The notes beneath the pieces were generated by a model. It worked only from the letters and a program-made list of their open reading frames with translations, ran no database searches and was not told the DNA's origin. Shown in pieces: positions 43,461 to 56,533 of a DNA stretch of 64,000 nt. The stretch comes from Dictyostelium discoideum (Eukaryota): positions 4,640,001 through 4,704,000 of the forward strand of contig CM000150.2 in assembly GCA_000004695.1 (NCBI GenBank). Reading direction: 5' to 3'. The translations under genes and the position numbers were made by a program. The first letter of the stretch is position 1. Each line of letters opens with the position of its first letter.

Positions 43461-43501
43461 CCAGTTACTTGAATTCTTTGAATATTATTCAAAGTAACTG
43501 G
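43461..43501. promoter_or_regulatory. 41-bp imperfect nested palindrome, 45-85 bp upstream of the ATG at 43415.
   Basis: The sequence is ccagttactt gaattc tttgaata|tattcaaa gtaactgg. The outer arms ccagttactt / aagtaactgg and the inner arms tttgaata / tattcaaa are exact reverse complements. The EcoRI-site hexamer gaattc is present on the left side only. Confidence 0.5.
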
Positions 43502-44535
43502 ATCTTTGAATTATATATAGTATTCCCTATTGGGTATTTCATATTAAATTAATTTAGTTGTATCATTGTTTATTATGGCACCTAATTTTGAAAGTGTGTT
43601 GTATATTATTAGTTTATCTTCTTTACTAATTTCATTTAAAAATATAATTTTAATTGATTTTGAATCTGACCAAGGAACAATTTCAAAATTTATAGATGTA
43701 AAAGCATATTCCCAAAAATAACTGAATATGACTTTTCATCAATTGACTCTTTAACTGCATATTCATTAGAAGTTGTATCAAATATTTCTTTTCCTTTTCC
43801 TTTTCTTTTTCTTAATATTACTACATTTTAAATTAATTTATTTATATATTATTTTATTTTATTTTTTATTTATTATTTTTTTTTTATTTTACATCTTTAT
43901 TTTTTTTATTTTTAAATATTAATTTCAAAAAAAAAAAATATGTATATTAAATTCAAACCATCTGCGTGAGTTGTAATAGTTTGTTAGGGGTTAAATTTGC
44001 CTAAAGATGAATTTTTGTAAGTAAAAAAAAAAATTTTTTTGTAAAAAAAAATGAAAAAAAATGTTAAATGTTATCCAAATCAAATGAAAAAAAAACTTTT
44101 AAATGCCAGAATGATAAGATTTTCAAAGATGAATTGATTCTACCTAAAAAAATAATAAAAAATTAATTTTACTTTTTATAGATATTTTTTATTCTTATAA
44201 AAAAGTTGTTTAAATAAATTTATTTGTGTAATTATTATTTTCAATTGAATTTTTATTTAATTTTTATATTATTTTTAAAAGAAATAAAAATGATAATAAA
44301 AAAAAAAAAATTAATATTATATTCGAATTTTCAAAAAAAAAAAAAAAAGGAAAATAAGAAAATAATAATATATAATGTTGTGAAAATATTTTAATAAATA
44401 TTATAATAAAATAAAGTTTAGATTCCTAAATGTCTATTAAAAATAGTAAAACAATAATAATTATTTATTGAACATAAATAAATATGAAATTTGTTTTTTT
44501 TTTTTTTTTTTTTTTTGATTTTGATTTTTTTTTTT

Positions 44536-45855
44536 TTACATATATAAACCTTCTGGAGCACCAGCTGTTTTTCTGTATAAAACTTTTTCTTTTGCTTTTT
44601 TAAAATCAGTATGAGTTACTCTCATTCTACGTTCTCTGAGTGCTAAAAGACCAGATTCAGTACAGATGGCTTTGATATCAGCACCGGATAAATCATCTTT
44701 AGACATAACAAACTCTTCAAGGTTAACATCTTCAGAGAGATTCATTTTAGCAGTATGAATTTCAAAGATCTTTCTCTTGGTCTTAATATCTGGAAGAGGG
44801 AATTCAATTTTACGATCGATACGACCTGGACGAATGAGAGCAGGATCTAAAGTTTCAATACGATTTGTAGCCATGATAACTTTTACATCGGTTCTAGCAT
44901 CGAAACCATCCAATTGATTCAAGAGTTCCAACATAGTTCTTTGAATTTCACGTTCACCACCAGATTGAGAATCATAACGTTTGGTACCAACAGCATCGAT
45001 TTCATCAATGAAAACAATTGATGGTGCACATTCATCTGCAACTCTGAATAATTCACGAACTAATTTTGGACCATCACCTAAATACTTTTGAATTAATTCT
45101 GAGCCTACAACACGTAAAAATGTAGCGGATGTTTGATTTGCTACGGCTTTGGCTAATAAAGTCTTACCAGTACCTGGCTCACCATAGAGGATGACACCCT
45201 TTGGTGGTTTGATACCAATCTCCTCATAGAGCTCTGGATGAGTCAATGGCAATTCGATGGCTTCTTTCATCTCTTGAACTTGTGCTTCCAAACCACCGAT
45301 ATCGCTGTAGGATTCGGTTGGTGCCTTTTCAACCTTCATTACGTTCACCATTGGGTCGACTTCACCATCGATTACACCAACCACAGAGAGGGTCTTGTTA
45401 TTTAATAAAACAGTTGCGCCTAGGTAAAGTTTTGATTTATCTACAAATGACATGATACGGACATAATGCTCTGGTCCTACGGTTGATGACACGATGGCGT
45501 GATTATCATCGATAATCTCCTCCAAATTACCAACTGTCAATGGATCACCACGGAGTTCCTCAATGATTTTCTCATCGGCTTGTTCTTTGCTATTTTCATC
45601 AACCTTTGGTTGATTGAGATCATAGTTTTGTAAAAATTCTTGTTCCATTAATAAATAATCTTTAATACGTTCAAGTTTCAATTGTTTTAATTTACATTTT
45701 GAATGTGGTGTAATAACTGGTAATTTAGTTGATGTCTCTGCTCCTCTTCTCTTTTTCTTTTTACCAAATTGTGTTGGTGGTGGTGGTGGTTGATACTTTG
45801 GCTGATCTTTTTTTTCACCTTTATCACCTTGGCCTTGTGATTGATTATTACCCAT
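44536..45855 (-). CDS. psmC1: 26S proteasome regulatory subunit 4 (Rpt2 / PSMC1), an AAA-ATPase, single exon, 439 aa.
   Basis: There is near-identity in pattern to PSMC1 throughout. Examples are the N-myristoylation start [26 protein letters not shown], the Walker [50 protein letters not shown], the Walker [10 protein letters not shown], and the C-terminal [14 protein letters not shown]. Confidence 0.95.
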   Translation of the reverse strand: MGNNQSQGQGDKGEKKDQPKYQPPPPPTQFGKKKKRRGAETSTKLPVITPHSKCKLKQLKLERIKDYLLMEQEFLQNYDLNQPKVDENSKEQADEKIIEELRGDPLTVGNLEEIIDDNHAIVSSTVGPEHYVRIMSFVDKSKLYLGATVLLNNKTLSVVGVIDGEVDPMVNVMKVEKAPTESYSDIGGLEAQVQEMKEAIELPLTHPELYEEIGIKPPKGVILYGEPGTGKTLLAKAVANQTSATFLRVVGSELIQKYLGDGPKLVRELFRVADECAPSIVFIDEIDAVGTKRYDSQSGGEREIQRTMLELLNQLDGFDARTDVKVIMATNRIETLDPALIRPGRIDRKIEFPLPDIKTKRKIFEIHTAKMNLSEDVNLEEFVMSKDDLSGADIKAICTESGLLALRERRMRVTHTDFKKAKEKVLYRKTAGAPEGLYM

Positions 45856-46329
45856 TTATTTATTTAATCTTTTTTTTTCCTTTATTTTTCTTTTTATTTT
45901 AAAATTTATATGTTGATGAAAAAAAAAAAAATTATAAATATATAAAAGAAATATGAAAAAAAATAATTATATGTACAAAAAAAAAAAAAAATTATATATA
46001 TTTGAAAAAATTAAAATGAAAAAAATTAAAAAAAAAAAAAAAAAATTTTGGTGAAGTTAAATTTTTTTAATTTAGTTGTGAAAAAATTAAAAAAAAAAAT
46101 TAAAAAAAATTAAAAAAAAAATTTTAAAAAATAAAAATAAAAAAAAAAAAAATAAAAATTAAAAAAAAAAATAAATAATTAAATAAAAAAAAAAGTGAAT
46201 TTATCACTGTTTGATCAACAATCAGAAATTGTTTTTTTTTTCTTTTTTTTTTTTCCTAAACATAAACTTTTTTTTTTTATTTAAAAAATTTATTTAACAT
46301 TTTTTTTATTTTTATTTTTATTTTTTTTT

Positions 46330-46846
46330 TTAAACAATCCATTGATCATGTAATAAATTCATGATACGAATTGTAATGAAAGCAATTACAGAAAGAAAAG
46401 AGAAACAAGTAATAAATATGAAACCATCTTTTCTTTTTTTATATGGAATTATAATTGGTAATTTCAAATAAGCTAATGATACATAGGCAACTAAAATTTC
46501 TGTTACAACAGAGAAAGCCAATTGAATTGCCATAATTTTAAATTGTTTGGAAATATCATCTCCATAATTTGTTGTAAATACAAAAAAATAACAACAAACC
46601 ATATATGTTGAAACAAAAGTTGCTAAAAATTCAAAAAAATTAAAAAATTAAAAATTAATATTATTTATTTTTTTTTTTTTTTTTTAAAAAAAAAAATACA
46701 TACAAGTTAAATCATAAATCATTTCAAATGATTGATATTCAGTATATAATGGTAAATTTTGTTGCATTACAGCAGCTGCATTTCCAGAACATCTACATCT
46801 ATTATTTATAAATCTTAATTAGTTAGTTTGTGAATATTTTTAATAA

Positions 46847-46885
<39 letters not shown>

Positions 46886-48286
46886 CCAGAAAATAATATT
46901 AATAAAAATACTCACAAAAATCTAACAATAAATGAATCTCTAGCTCTTAAAGAACATTTCCAAATAATTTCTAATAATGAAAGTATTAAAGATGAAATTA
47001 CAACACCTTGTAAAGTATCCATAGTATTACCAAACAATCTACCGTAGAAAGAATTGAAACAAATTGGAATTAACATTAAGGAGATTACAGATCTTGGTTT
47101 TAAATAAGCCAATTGATTAATACAAAATCTTGATATTAAAAGTAAAATTGCAGTTATAACTGGATGAATTACAATTCTAACTACTGATTTTTCAAATTCA
47201 CCAGTTGAATCTTTAATATACCATTTAATAAGGAAATAATCATATGCTATTAAAATGACACCCATTGAAATGTATGGCAATGATACCCATAAACAAAATA
47301 ATTTACTCTTGAACGATTTATAACCAACTATGAATGATACAATGATGATATTACCAAGTGTGAGGAAATACTTTGGTATGAAATCGGCAGTACCCGTTAT
47401 TCCATACACTCTACCGCAGGTTGTGAATACAGCAGATGCAATTGAGAATAGTAAGGCAACTGGTAGGCCACATTTTGTATTTTTAAAACCAAATTGTGAT
47501 GTTAGTACAGAGTATGCAATTGTCACTAACAATTGCTCATTAATTACACCGGCGATAATCGAGACCGCTAGACCCCATCGGGGCTTACTATCATCAAATA
47601 CAAATCTATTACCCAATACAATATAAAATGTTAAATATACACACGCAATCACTGTGACAAGTATTGAAATCAATGTTAATTTTGAAAGATATGACGTTGT
47701 TGTAAACATTGTATCCAATTGCCACCATTTCTTTGGTTTTACAAATAGCTTCAATTCACCTTTTTCTGTATAATATTCATTATAATAATCTAATTCTTTT
47801 GGTTTCTTTTCACCGTTATTACCATCACCGTGATCATCATCACCATTATCACCACCAGCACCATTGGTTGTTGAATCACCACCTTCTTCCAAATCTGTAC
47901 CATCTCTTTCTACATCTTGTTCTTTATTAATTGATGGCCCTATTAATCCATCCATTAAAATTTTATTTCTTGGTGATTCAACCACACTTAATATACTACC
48001 ACTTCTACCATTATTATTATTATTATTGTTATTATTATTTCTCGGAGAACCATTATTACTTGAATTACTATTATTTCTATTTATTTTATTGATATTTAAT
48101 TGAAATTTTGCACCAGAAGCAGTCCTATTGATTTTTGAATCATTGGAAACTAAATCTGATCCATTATCAGCACTATCTTTTAAACTTTTTTGGTCATTTG
48201 ATAATATTGTTGACCCAACTTGACTTTCTGGATCTTGATTTTGTTCTTGTGAGCATTCAATTTCATTGGAATTATTTATTTGATGT

Positions 48287-48320
<34 letters not shown>

Positions 48321-48375
48321 CAACTGTATTTCTTCTTGCACCAGCCACAATATCGAAAAGTTCAAAAAAACTCAT
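46330..48375 (-). CDS. Multipass transmembrane protein of unknown family with a long low-complexity N-terminal region. Three exons: 48375..46916, 46798..46704, 46622..46330.
   Basis: Exon 1 is the ORF 46912..48375 minus its last two codons. It ends in phase 2 at a GTGAGT donor (46915..46910). The acceptor aataAG sits at 46800-46799. Exon 2 encodes LCRCSGNAAAVMQQNLPLYTEYQSFEMIYDLT and ends at a GTATGT donor (46703..46698) in phase 1. The acceptor tttttAG sits at 46624-46623. Exon 3 encodes STFVSTYMVCCYFFVFTTNYGDDISKQFKIMAIQLAFSVVTEILVAYVSLAYLKLPIIIPYKKRKDGFIFITCFSFLSVIAFITIRIMNLLHDQWIV*. There are about 9-10 hydrophobic helices in total. Confidence 0.65.
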
Positions 48376-48400
48376 TTTTTATATTTTTTTTTACAAAAAA

Positions 48401-48441
<41 letters not shown>

Positions 48442-48541
48442 CGGCAAAAAAATTAAAATTAAAAGACGAATCTAAAAATAAATTCTATTTTCAGTTTAAA
48501 AAATTTAAAAATTTAAAATTTATTTTTAGTTTAAAAAAAAA

Positions 48542-48578
<37 letters not shown>

Positions 48579-49326
48579 AATAAGTGTTTATATAAAAAAA
48601 AAAAAATTTTTGTGATATTATTTGTAAAAATAAATTATAATAAAATGAGTGGTGTTGATGGGAATTTACTGAAAATTGTTTTGAAAATAATTTTTGCAGT
48701 ATATCTAAAAAAAAAATTAGGAAAAAAAAAAAAAATTAAAAAAAAAAAAAAAAAAAAAGTAAAAAAGTGACTAGATATTTTTTTTTGGAAATCAAAAAAA
48801 AAGGAAAAATTAAAAAAAAATTAAAAATTGTTGATCATTGATTAATTTTACCGTGAGGAGATTATTTTATCCGTTCTGCAAATAATATTTTTTTTTTTTA
48901 TACAGCAAGCGAATCTTTGAAATTAAAAAGAAAAAAAAACTATAGTATATAACCAAGTACTTTTTCATTTAAAATAATATCTTTTTTTTTTTAATTTTAA
49001 TTTTTTAATTTTTTTTTTTAATTTTTCCTTTTTTTTTTTTTTTTTTTTTGGGCAAAAAAATATCTTTCCAATCATTGATTTATATAAATTATTTTATTGT
49101 TATTTTTATTTTTTTTAATAATTTTTTTTTTTTAACTTTTGCAAATTTGTGAATATCAAATTTTTTGTTTTGGTACTATGACAAATAATATCACAAAATT
49201 TATTATATAAATAAATTAATAAAATAAATTAATATAATATATTATAACATACTTTTATGTAAATATATAATTATTGGGGAAACAAAGAACCAAGAGTTAA
49301 AAAAAAAAAAAAAAAAAAAAAAAAGA

Positions 49327-49366
<40 letters not shown>

Positions 49367-50015
49367 CATGCCAAATCACATTTTATTATTATCGTGTGGC
49401 TTTGGGTTTTTTGTATAAATAAAAAAAAAATATGAAATACACGATTTTGTGCAGGATTGTGGAGCGAATATTAAAAAAAAAAAAAATACCATTTGACACA
49501 AAGAAATTGTTTCTAAAAATATATTTTTTTTTGTTGCTTCCATTTTATTTTCTTTTTTTTTTTTTTATTTTATTTTTAATTTTTTTTTTCATTTTTTTTT
49601 ATTTTTTTTGCTGTTCAAAGTTTGGGGTGCAATTTTCAGTTTTTTTTAGATTTTTGAGTGGAGTCTTAAAGTTTTTTTTTCATTGCAAAAAAAATTTTCA
49701 CTTTTTTATGAATAGAAAATTAATAATAAAAAAAAAAGGTATTTTTATCTTCTTTTAAATTTGTTTAAATCAAAATAAATTTATTTTGTTTATTTTATTT
49801 TTATTTTTATTTTTATTTTTATTTTTATTTTTATTTTTTTTATTTTTATTTTTTTATATAAATATATATATATGCTTATAAAAAAAAAAAAAAATAAAGT
49901 TAAATAAAAAAAAATAATGGAGCCATTATTATAAATAAAAAACATCAAAATAATACTATAAAAGGTAAATATTTTCTGGTTTTTTTTTCAATTTCTAATT
50001 TTTTAATTTTTAATT

Positions 50016-50046
<31 letters not shown>

Positions 50047-50186
50047 GAAATTGTTTTTTTAAATTTAAATTTAATTTTTTTTTCATATATCTCTTTTTTT
50101 TTTATTAATCTTATTTAATATTTATTATTATTATTTTTTTTGTTTAAGTAACAAAAAAAAAAAAAAAAAAAAAAAAAGTATTTAGA

Positions 50187-50444
50187 ATGACACAAAACAT
50201 AAAAGAAAAGAATACTCACAATCACCATTATCAGTAATCAATATATAGAAGATACTCAATTAATTAGAGCTTTACAAAGAGTATTACCAGCTAAAATTCT
50301 CAAAGAGATTGAAGGTGATTTAACACAATTTGGTGAACGTGTTGTTAAGGATATTTTAGAATTAGGTAGAGCTTCTGAAAATAATCCACCAAAATTAATT
50401 CAATATGATGCATGGGGAAAGTAAGTTTTTCATTTATTTCTTTA

Positions 50445-50481
<37 letters not shown>

Positions 50482-51199
50482 TAATAATAAAAAATATTAA
50501 AAAAAAATTAAATAGGAGAATTGATAAAATTGTAGTTGATGAATCATGGAATAAATTAAAAGATATTGGATGCTCAGAAGGATTAGTATCAATTGGATAT
50601 GAAAGAAAATATCAAGAATATAGTAGAATTTATCAATATATAAAGATTTATTTATTTGCATGTTCATCAGCAGTATTTGATTGTCCAATGTCAATGACTG
50701 ATGGTGCAGCACGTTTAATTGAATTGTATGGTGATAAAGGAATGAAGGAGGATGAATATAAACATGAAGGTCAATGGATGACAGAGAAAACTGGTGGATC
50801 TGATGTTTCAAAATCTGAGACCATTGCTGTTAGCAGTGGTAGTGGTGATGGTAAAACATGCAATCTTAGTGGTTACAAGTTATGAATGGCGATATGGAAT
50901 ACGCAGAATCTAATTCACGTAGATTCGCTTATTTAATGGCTCAAACTTATATGGCATCGCTTTTATTAGAACATGCAGTTTGGTCAAAGGATGAATTGGA
51001 TGCTCAGGTCGCTGAAAGATGGTGTTTTGTTAAACTTGAAAATGGAAAAACTAATAAAAACTCTACAATTTCATTCACTGATGTTGATGAAAAATGGAGA
51101 GAATTAGACATTAAATTAGCTTTGGATTTAAATGAACATGGTCAACCAAAATTAGGTACCTATGATATTAATTCAACAAAATTAAGATCAAAATATTAA
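50187..51199 (+). pseudogene. AidB-like acyl-CoA dehydrogenase pseudogene, the degenerate duplicate of 53514..55492.
   Basis: Exon 1 carries a 33-bp deletion and a frameshift, giving MTQNIKEKNTHNHHYQ* with a premature TAA at about 50235. Exon 2 (50515-50885) lacks FISRDPKTFWTS. It jumps from ...CNLSGYK directly to VMNGDMEYAESNS... via an internal deletion of about 900 bp that creates a stop (GYKL*). The C-terminal 105 codons (50882-51199) are otherwise identical to the intact copy. Confidence 0.65.
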
Positions 51200-51261
51200 T
51201 AAAACAATAAAATGTTGTATAAAGAAATTAAAAAAAAAAAAAAAAGATCCTTTTTAAATAA

Positions 51262-51295
<34 letters not shown>

Positions 51296-51402
51296 TATTT
51301 TTTTTTTATAAAAACTTTTGTTTAATAAACTTTATTATTAAATATTTAAGTATTTAATTTGATTAAATTTAATCATGAGTAATTTAATTTTACTCTTATA
51401 GT

Positions 51403-51592
51403 TTAAATTTTAATTTCTCTTGTTAGTTTTGAAGACCATGGGCACCAGAAGCAACTATCGAATTATTTATTTTTTATATATTTTTATTTTTTTTATTTTT
51501 TATTTTAAAAAAAAAAATTAGTAAATTAATCGAATTGTATTTTTCAAAATTTTATTTAATTAAATACATACCCTGGGAGGAAAGCTATTATT

Positions 51593-51658
<66 letters not shown>

Positions 51659-52188
51659 TATTAGTTTTAAATAAAAAGTTTAAATTTTATATGTTATAAT
51701 ACTCACCACCACAGGCCTCATCAAGGTGATCTTCTACATAAATAGTTGAAGCATCACAAACTTCAATAGCCATGGAAAAAAATGTGATTGTATCTGGGTC
51801 AAGAATAAAGGAATACTCTATAAGTGATGAAATGAAATTAATAAAATAATTATAAAATAATAATTAAAAGTCAATAGAATATTTACTTGGATTATAGCTT
51901 TCAGGTCTCTTTCTAATTCTACCCATTACATGAACTTCATTGGTTTCCTCTATTTTAAAAATTAAATAAAAATATTGTTAACAATATGAATGTTTTTTTG
52001 TTAAAAATAATATAAAACTTACTTCCAGACAAAATATCTCTGGCTTTTTTAATTTTTTCTGAATCTGTTAATTTGAAAATAAAATCATTATGGTCACCAT
52101 GGGTTTTTAAACCAAAATAGGCTGTTTCAGATTGTACCAATACTGAAAATATTAAAAGAAGAGATAATAAAACAAATAATAATTTCAT
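51403..52188 (-). CDS. Small secreted protein, a paralog of 17372..18181. Five exons: 52188..52023, 51949..51887, 51817..51707, 51594..51582 (13-nt micro-exon), 51454..51403.
   Basis: The protein is [56 protein letters not shown] | [21 protein letters not shown] | [38 protein letters not shown] | AFLPG | [16 protein letters not shown]. The donors are GTAAGT/GTAAAT/GTGAGT/GTATGT. Exon sizes of 166/63/111/13/52 are the same as the paralogs. Confidence 0.7.
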
Positions 52189-52387
52189 TTTTTAATTGAG
52201 TTTTTAATTTGTTGTTTATAATTGAATTTGAATTTTAATTTGATAATGAAATAATTTAATTTTCAATTGTTTAAATACTTTTGGAAAAAAAAGAATAATA
52301 ATAATAATTATAATTAATATTAATTATTAATTAAAAAAAAAAAAAAAATAATAATATTAATTATTATTATTAATAAAAAATAATTTC

Positions 52388-52486
52388 CAAACTTCTAGGA
52401 TGATAAAAACGTAAAATAATTTTAACCCACACTTGCGAGATAATTACTCCAAAACTTGTAATTTTATCCAATTGGGTGTGTTATTA

Positions 52487-52495
<9 letters not shown>
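52388..52495 (-). promoter_or_regulatory. Conserved upstream element of the small-secreted-protein gene, 200-300 bp 5' of ATG 52188. It contains CCCACAC and GGGTGTG boxes about 47 bp apart.
   Basis: The element is conserved with 17131-17190 (inverted copy). In copy B it is tandemly doubled (56740-56838 and 56877-56978). Confidence 0.5.
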
Positions 52496-52557
<62 letters not shown>

Positions 52558-53372
52558 TTTTATTTGTTTTATTTTTCTTTTTTTTTTTCATAATAAAAAA
52601 ATCTTCACGCAAAAAACACCACACATCCAATTAAAAAAAAAAAAAAAAAATCTTTCTGTGAAGATTTAATAAATCTAATTATTATAATTTAATGACAAAA
52701 AAAAAAGGATAATTATATAATTAAATTGAAATTTCTTTGAATTTTTTATAGTGAAAATTATATATTATTAATTTTTTTTTTTTTGAAAAAAAAAGAAGTT
52801 CTTAAAAATAAAATTGATGACTTTTTTTTGAAAATCTTGTTTTGATGATTAGGGGAAAATATCTAAAAAAATCAAAAAAAAAAAAAAAAAAAAAAAAAGT
52901 TTTATTAAAAAAAAAACAAAAAAAAACAAAAAAAAAAAGTATTTTTGTCTTCTTTTAATTTGTTCAAATCAAAATAAATTTATTTTGTTTATTTTATTTT
53001 ATTTTTATTTATTTTTTATTTGATTTTATTTTTTTTATATAAATATAATTATTTTTTTTTTTTTTTTAATAAGCATATAAAGTTAAATAAAAAAAATAAT
53101 GGAGACATTATTATAAATAAAAACATCAAAAGAATACTATAGAAGGAAAATATTTTCTGGTTTGAAATTTCAATATTTTATTTTTTAATTTTTATTATTT
53201 TCCAAAAAAAAATTACGTTTTGATGATTTTTTTTTTATTACCATCTTTCTGTTTAGGATTAATAAATTAAGGAAAATATGTCGCTATTTTTTTTTTCAAT
53301 TTCTAATTTTTTAATTTTTAATTTATTTTATTTTTTTTTTTTTTTTTTTTAAAAATTTTTTTTTTTAAATTT

Positions 53373-53406
<34 letters not shown>

Positions 53407-53513
53407 CTTTTTTCATATATCTCTTTTTTTTTATTAATCTTATTTAATATTTATTATTATTATTTTTTTTGTTTAAGAAACAAAAAAAAAAAAAAAAAAA
53501 AAAAGTATTAAGA

Positions 53514-53806
53514 ATGGCCCAAAACATAAAAGAAAAGAATACTCAAACTGGTTATTCTGGTAGAGAGTATTTCCAACAACAATCACCATTATTAGGTAAT
53601 CAATATATAGAAGATACTCAATTAATTAGAGCTTTACAAAGAGTATTACCAGCTAAAATTCTCAAAGAGATTGAAGGTGATTTAACACAATTTGGTGAAC
53701 GTGTTGTTAAGGATATTTTAGAATTAGGTAGAGCTTCTGAAAATAATCCACCAAAATTAATTCAATATGATGCATGGGGAAAGTAAGTTTTTCATTTATT
53801 TCTTTA

Positions 53807-53840
<34 letters not shown>

Positions 53841-55492
53841 TAATAATAAAAAATATTAAAAAAAAATTAAATAGGAGAATTGATAAAATTGTAGTTGATG
53901 AATCATGGAATAAATTAAAAGATATTGGATGTTCAGAAGGATTAGTATCAATTGGATATGAAAGAAAATATCAAGAATATAGTAGAATTTATCAATATAT
54001 AAAGATTTATTTATTTGCATGTTCATCAGCAGTATTTGATTGTCCAATGTCAATGACTGATGGTGCAGCACGTTTAATTGAATTGTATGGTGATAAAGGA
54101 ATGAAGGAGGATGAATATAAACATTTCATATCACGTGATCCAAAGACATTTTGGACAAGTGGTCAATGGATGACAGAGAAAACTGGTGGATCTGATGTTT
54201 CAAAATCTGAGACCATTGCAGTTAGCAGTGGTAGTGGTGATGGTAAAACATGCAATCTTAGTGGTTACAAGTATTTCACATCAGCAACTACCTCAGAGGG
54301 TGCAATGGTATTGGCAAGAGATGTTGACGATGCAAAAACCATGAAAGGTGCAGTTGAGGGATCCAGAGGTTTATCAGTTTACTTTATAAAATTAAGAAAA
54401 CCAAATGGTGAACTCGATCGTATTCAAGTTCACAAGTTAAAGAATAAATTTGGAACAAAAGCAGTACCAACCGCAGAACTTGAGTTAATGGGTACACCAG
54501 CAGTTAGAGTTGGACCAAAAGGTAGAGGTGTACCAGTGATTGCCTCCATATTAAATATCACTAGAATTCATAATGTAATCCATTCAGCAGCCACAATGAG
54601 AAGATGTGTTGCAATTGTAAGAGATTTCGCTCATCGTCGTACTGTATTTGGTAAATTATTAAAAGATAACTTATTATATCTTTCAACATTGGCAGAGATG
54701 GAATTAGAATTTAGAGCTAGTTTACATTTACTTTTGGATGTTACCTTATTGTTGGGTAAGAGTGAACGTATTGTTGAAAAACAATCATCAAATAGTGAAG
54801 AACAAAAACAAATTGACCTCCTATTACGTATTGTTACACCACTTTCAAAATTGTATACTGCAAAACAAAGTGTTACAGTCGCATCAGAGGCTATTGAAGC
54901 ATTGGGTGGCACTGGTTATATGGAAGATTCCGATATGCCACGTCTATTTAGAGACACTCAAGTAACATCGATTTGGGAAGGTACAACCAACGTTTTATCA
55001 ATGGATATTTGGAGAACCTTAAAAGAACCATTAACAATTAAATTCTATTTCCAATCAATTGAAAATCGTTTAATTCAAGCAAATAAATTATTAAATAATG
55101 ATAACAATATTCAAAAAGTTATTTCAGTAATTAGAGAAGCAATGAAAACTATTCGTTCAGTTATTGATAAAGTTATGAATGGTGATATGGAATACGCAGA
55201 ATCTAATTCACGTAGATTCGCTTATTTAATGGCACAAACTTATATGGCATCGCTTTTATTAGAACATGCAGTTTGGTCAAAGGATGAATTGGATGCTCAG
55301 GTCGCTGAAAGATGGTGTTTTGTTAAACTTGAAAATGGAAAAACTAATAAAAACTCTACAATTTCATTCACTGATGTTGATGAAAAATGGAGAGAATTAG
55401 ACATTAAATTAGCTTTGGATTTAAATGAACATGGTCAACCAAAATTAGGTACCTATGATATTAATTCAACAAAATTAAGATCAAAATATTAA
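53514..55492 (+). CDS. Acyl-CoA dehydrogenase family protein of the AidB type. Two exons: 53514..53782 and 53875..55492.
   Basis: Exon 1 encodes MAQNIKEKNTQTGYSGREYFQQQSPLLGNQYIEDTQLIRALQRVLPAKILKEIEGDLTQFGERVVKDILELGRASENNPPKLIQYDAWG and ends at a GTAAGT donor (53783-53788) in phase 2. The acceptor aaatAG sits at 53873-53874. Exon 2 encodes KRIDKIVVDESWNKLKD...GQWMTEKTGGSDVSKSETIAV...KYFTSA...ELMGTPAVRVGPKGRGV...ALGGTGYMEDSDMPRLFRDTQVTSIWEGTTNVLSMDIWR.... The junction PPKLIQYDAWGK|RIDKIVVDESW aligns with E. coli AidB PPELLRYDAQGRRLDDVRFHPAW. MTEKTGGSDV aligns with AidB MTEKQGGSDV. LPRLFRD..V.SIWEG..N aligns with AidB LPRLYREMPVNSIWEGSGN. I prefer the ATG at 53514 over the track's upstream Met at 53469. 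Confidence 0.85.
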
Positions 55493-55555
55493 TAAAACAA
55501 TAAAATGTTGTATAAAGAAATTAAAAAAAAAAAAAAAAAGATCCTTTTTAAATAA

Positions 55556-55616
<61 letters not shown>

Positions 55617-55723
55617 TATTTTTTTTTTATAAAAACTTTTGTTTAATAAACTTTATTATTAAATATTTAAGTATTTAATTTGATTAAATTTAATCATGAG
55701 TAATTTAATTTTACTCTTATAGT

Positions 55724-55905
55724 TTAAACTTTAATTTCTCTTGTTAATTTTGAAGACCATGGGCACCAGAAGCAACTATCGAATTATTTATTTTTTATAT
55801 ATTTTTATTTTTTATTTTAAAAAAAAAAAATTAGTAAATTAATCGAATTGTATTTTTCAAAATTTTATTTAATTAAATACATACCCTGGGAGGAAAGCTA
55901 TTATT

Positions 55906-56004
<99 letters not shown>

Positions 56005-56533
56005 TATTAGTTTTTAATAAAAAGTTTAAATTTTATATGTTATAATACTCACCACCACAGGCCTCATCAAGGTGATCTTCTACATAAATAGTTGAAGCAT
56101 CACAAACTTCAATAGCCATGGCAAAAAATGTGATTGTATCTGGGTCAAGAATAAAGGAAAACTCTATAAGTGATGAAATGAAATTAATAAATAATTATAA
56201 AATAATAATTAAAAGTCAATAGAATATTTACTTGGATTATAGCTTTCAGGTCTCTTTTTAATTCTACCCATTACATGAACTTCATTGCTTTCCTCTATTT
56301 TAAAAATTAAATAAAAATATTGTTAACAATATGAATGTTTTTTTGTTAAAAATAATATATAACTTACTTCCAGACAAAATATCTCTGGCCATTTGAATTT
56401 TTTTGGAATCTGTTAATTTGAAAATAAAATCATTATGGTCACCATGGGTTTTTAAACCAAAATAGGCTGTTTCAGATTGTACCAATACTGAAAATATTAA
56501 AAGAAGAGATAATAAAACAAATAACAATTTCAT
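55724..56533 (-). CDS. Small secreted protein, copy B paralog. Five exons: 56533..56368, 56294..56232, 56163..56053, 55897..55885 (micro-exon), 55775..55724.
   Basis: The protein is almost identical to the 51403..52188 copy. Exon 1 is [56 protein letters not shown]. It has the same splice signals and the same 13-nt micro-exon, cctgggaggaaag, on the plus strand. Confidence 0.7.

Larger units (their letters stand above)
49738..52929 (+). repeat. Copy A (about 3.2 kb) of a tandem segmental duplication. It carries a disabled AidB-like ACAD pseudogene plus an intact small secreted-protein gene on the minus strand.
   Basis: 49738-50423 aligns with 52930-53783, with a 33-bp deletion and other indels. 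50515-50885 aligns with 53875-54272. 50886-52929 aligns with 55176-57395; about 900 bp of ACAD coding sequence (54273-55175) is missing from copy A. The flanks, the (AAT)n tracts and the small gene are all co-linear. Confidence 0.85.

Noticed and set aside
48135-49758. ORFs of 147 aa and 108 aa made of Y/F/L runs
   Set aside because: They are homopolymer T/A tracts in the 1.8-kb intergenic region. The same applies to 60679-60960 and 9275-9511.
50882-51199. Independent 105-aa ORF
   Set aside because: It is the C-terminal segment of the AidB-like pseudogene (identical to 55176-55492), left in frame after the internal deletion. It is not a separate gene.
53469-53513. Upstream in-frame Met (MFKKQKKKKKKK...) as the start of the AidB-like gene
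   Set aside because: It would translate a poly-A promoter tract into poly-Lys. ATG 53514 (MAQNIKEK) has a proper A-rich upstream context. The duplicated pseudogene copy also starts at the equivalent ATG.
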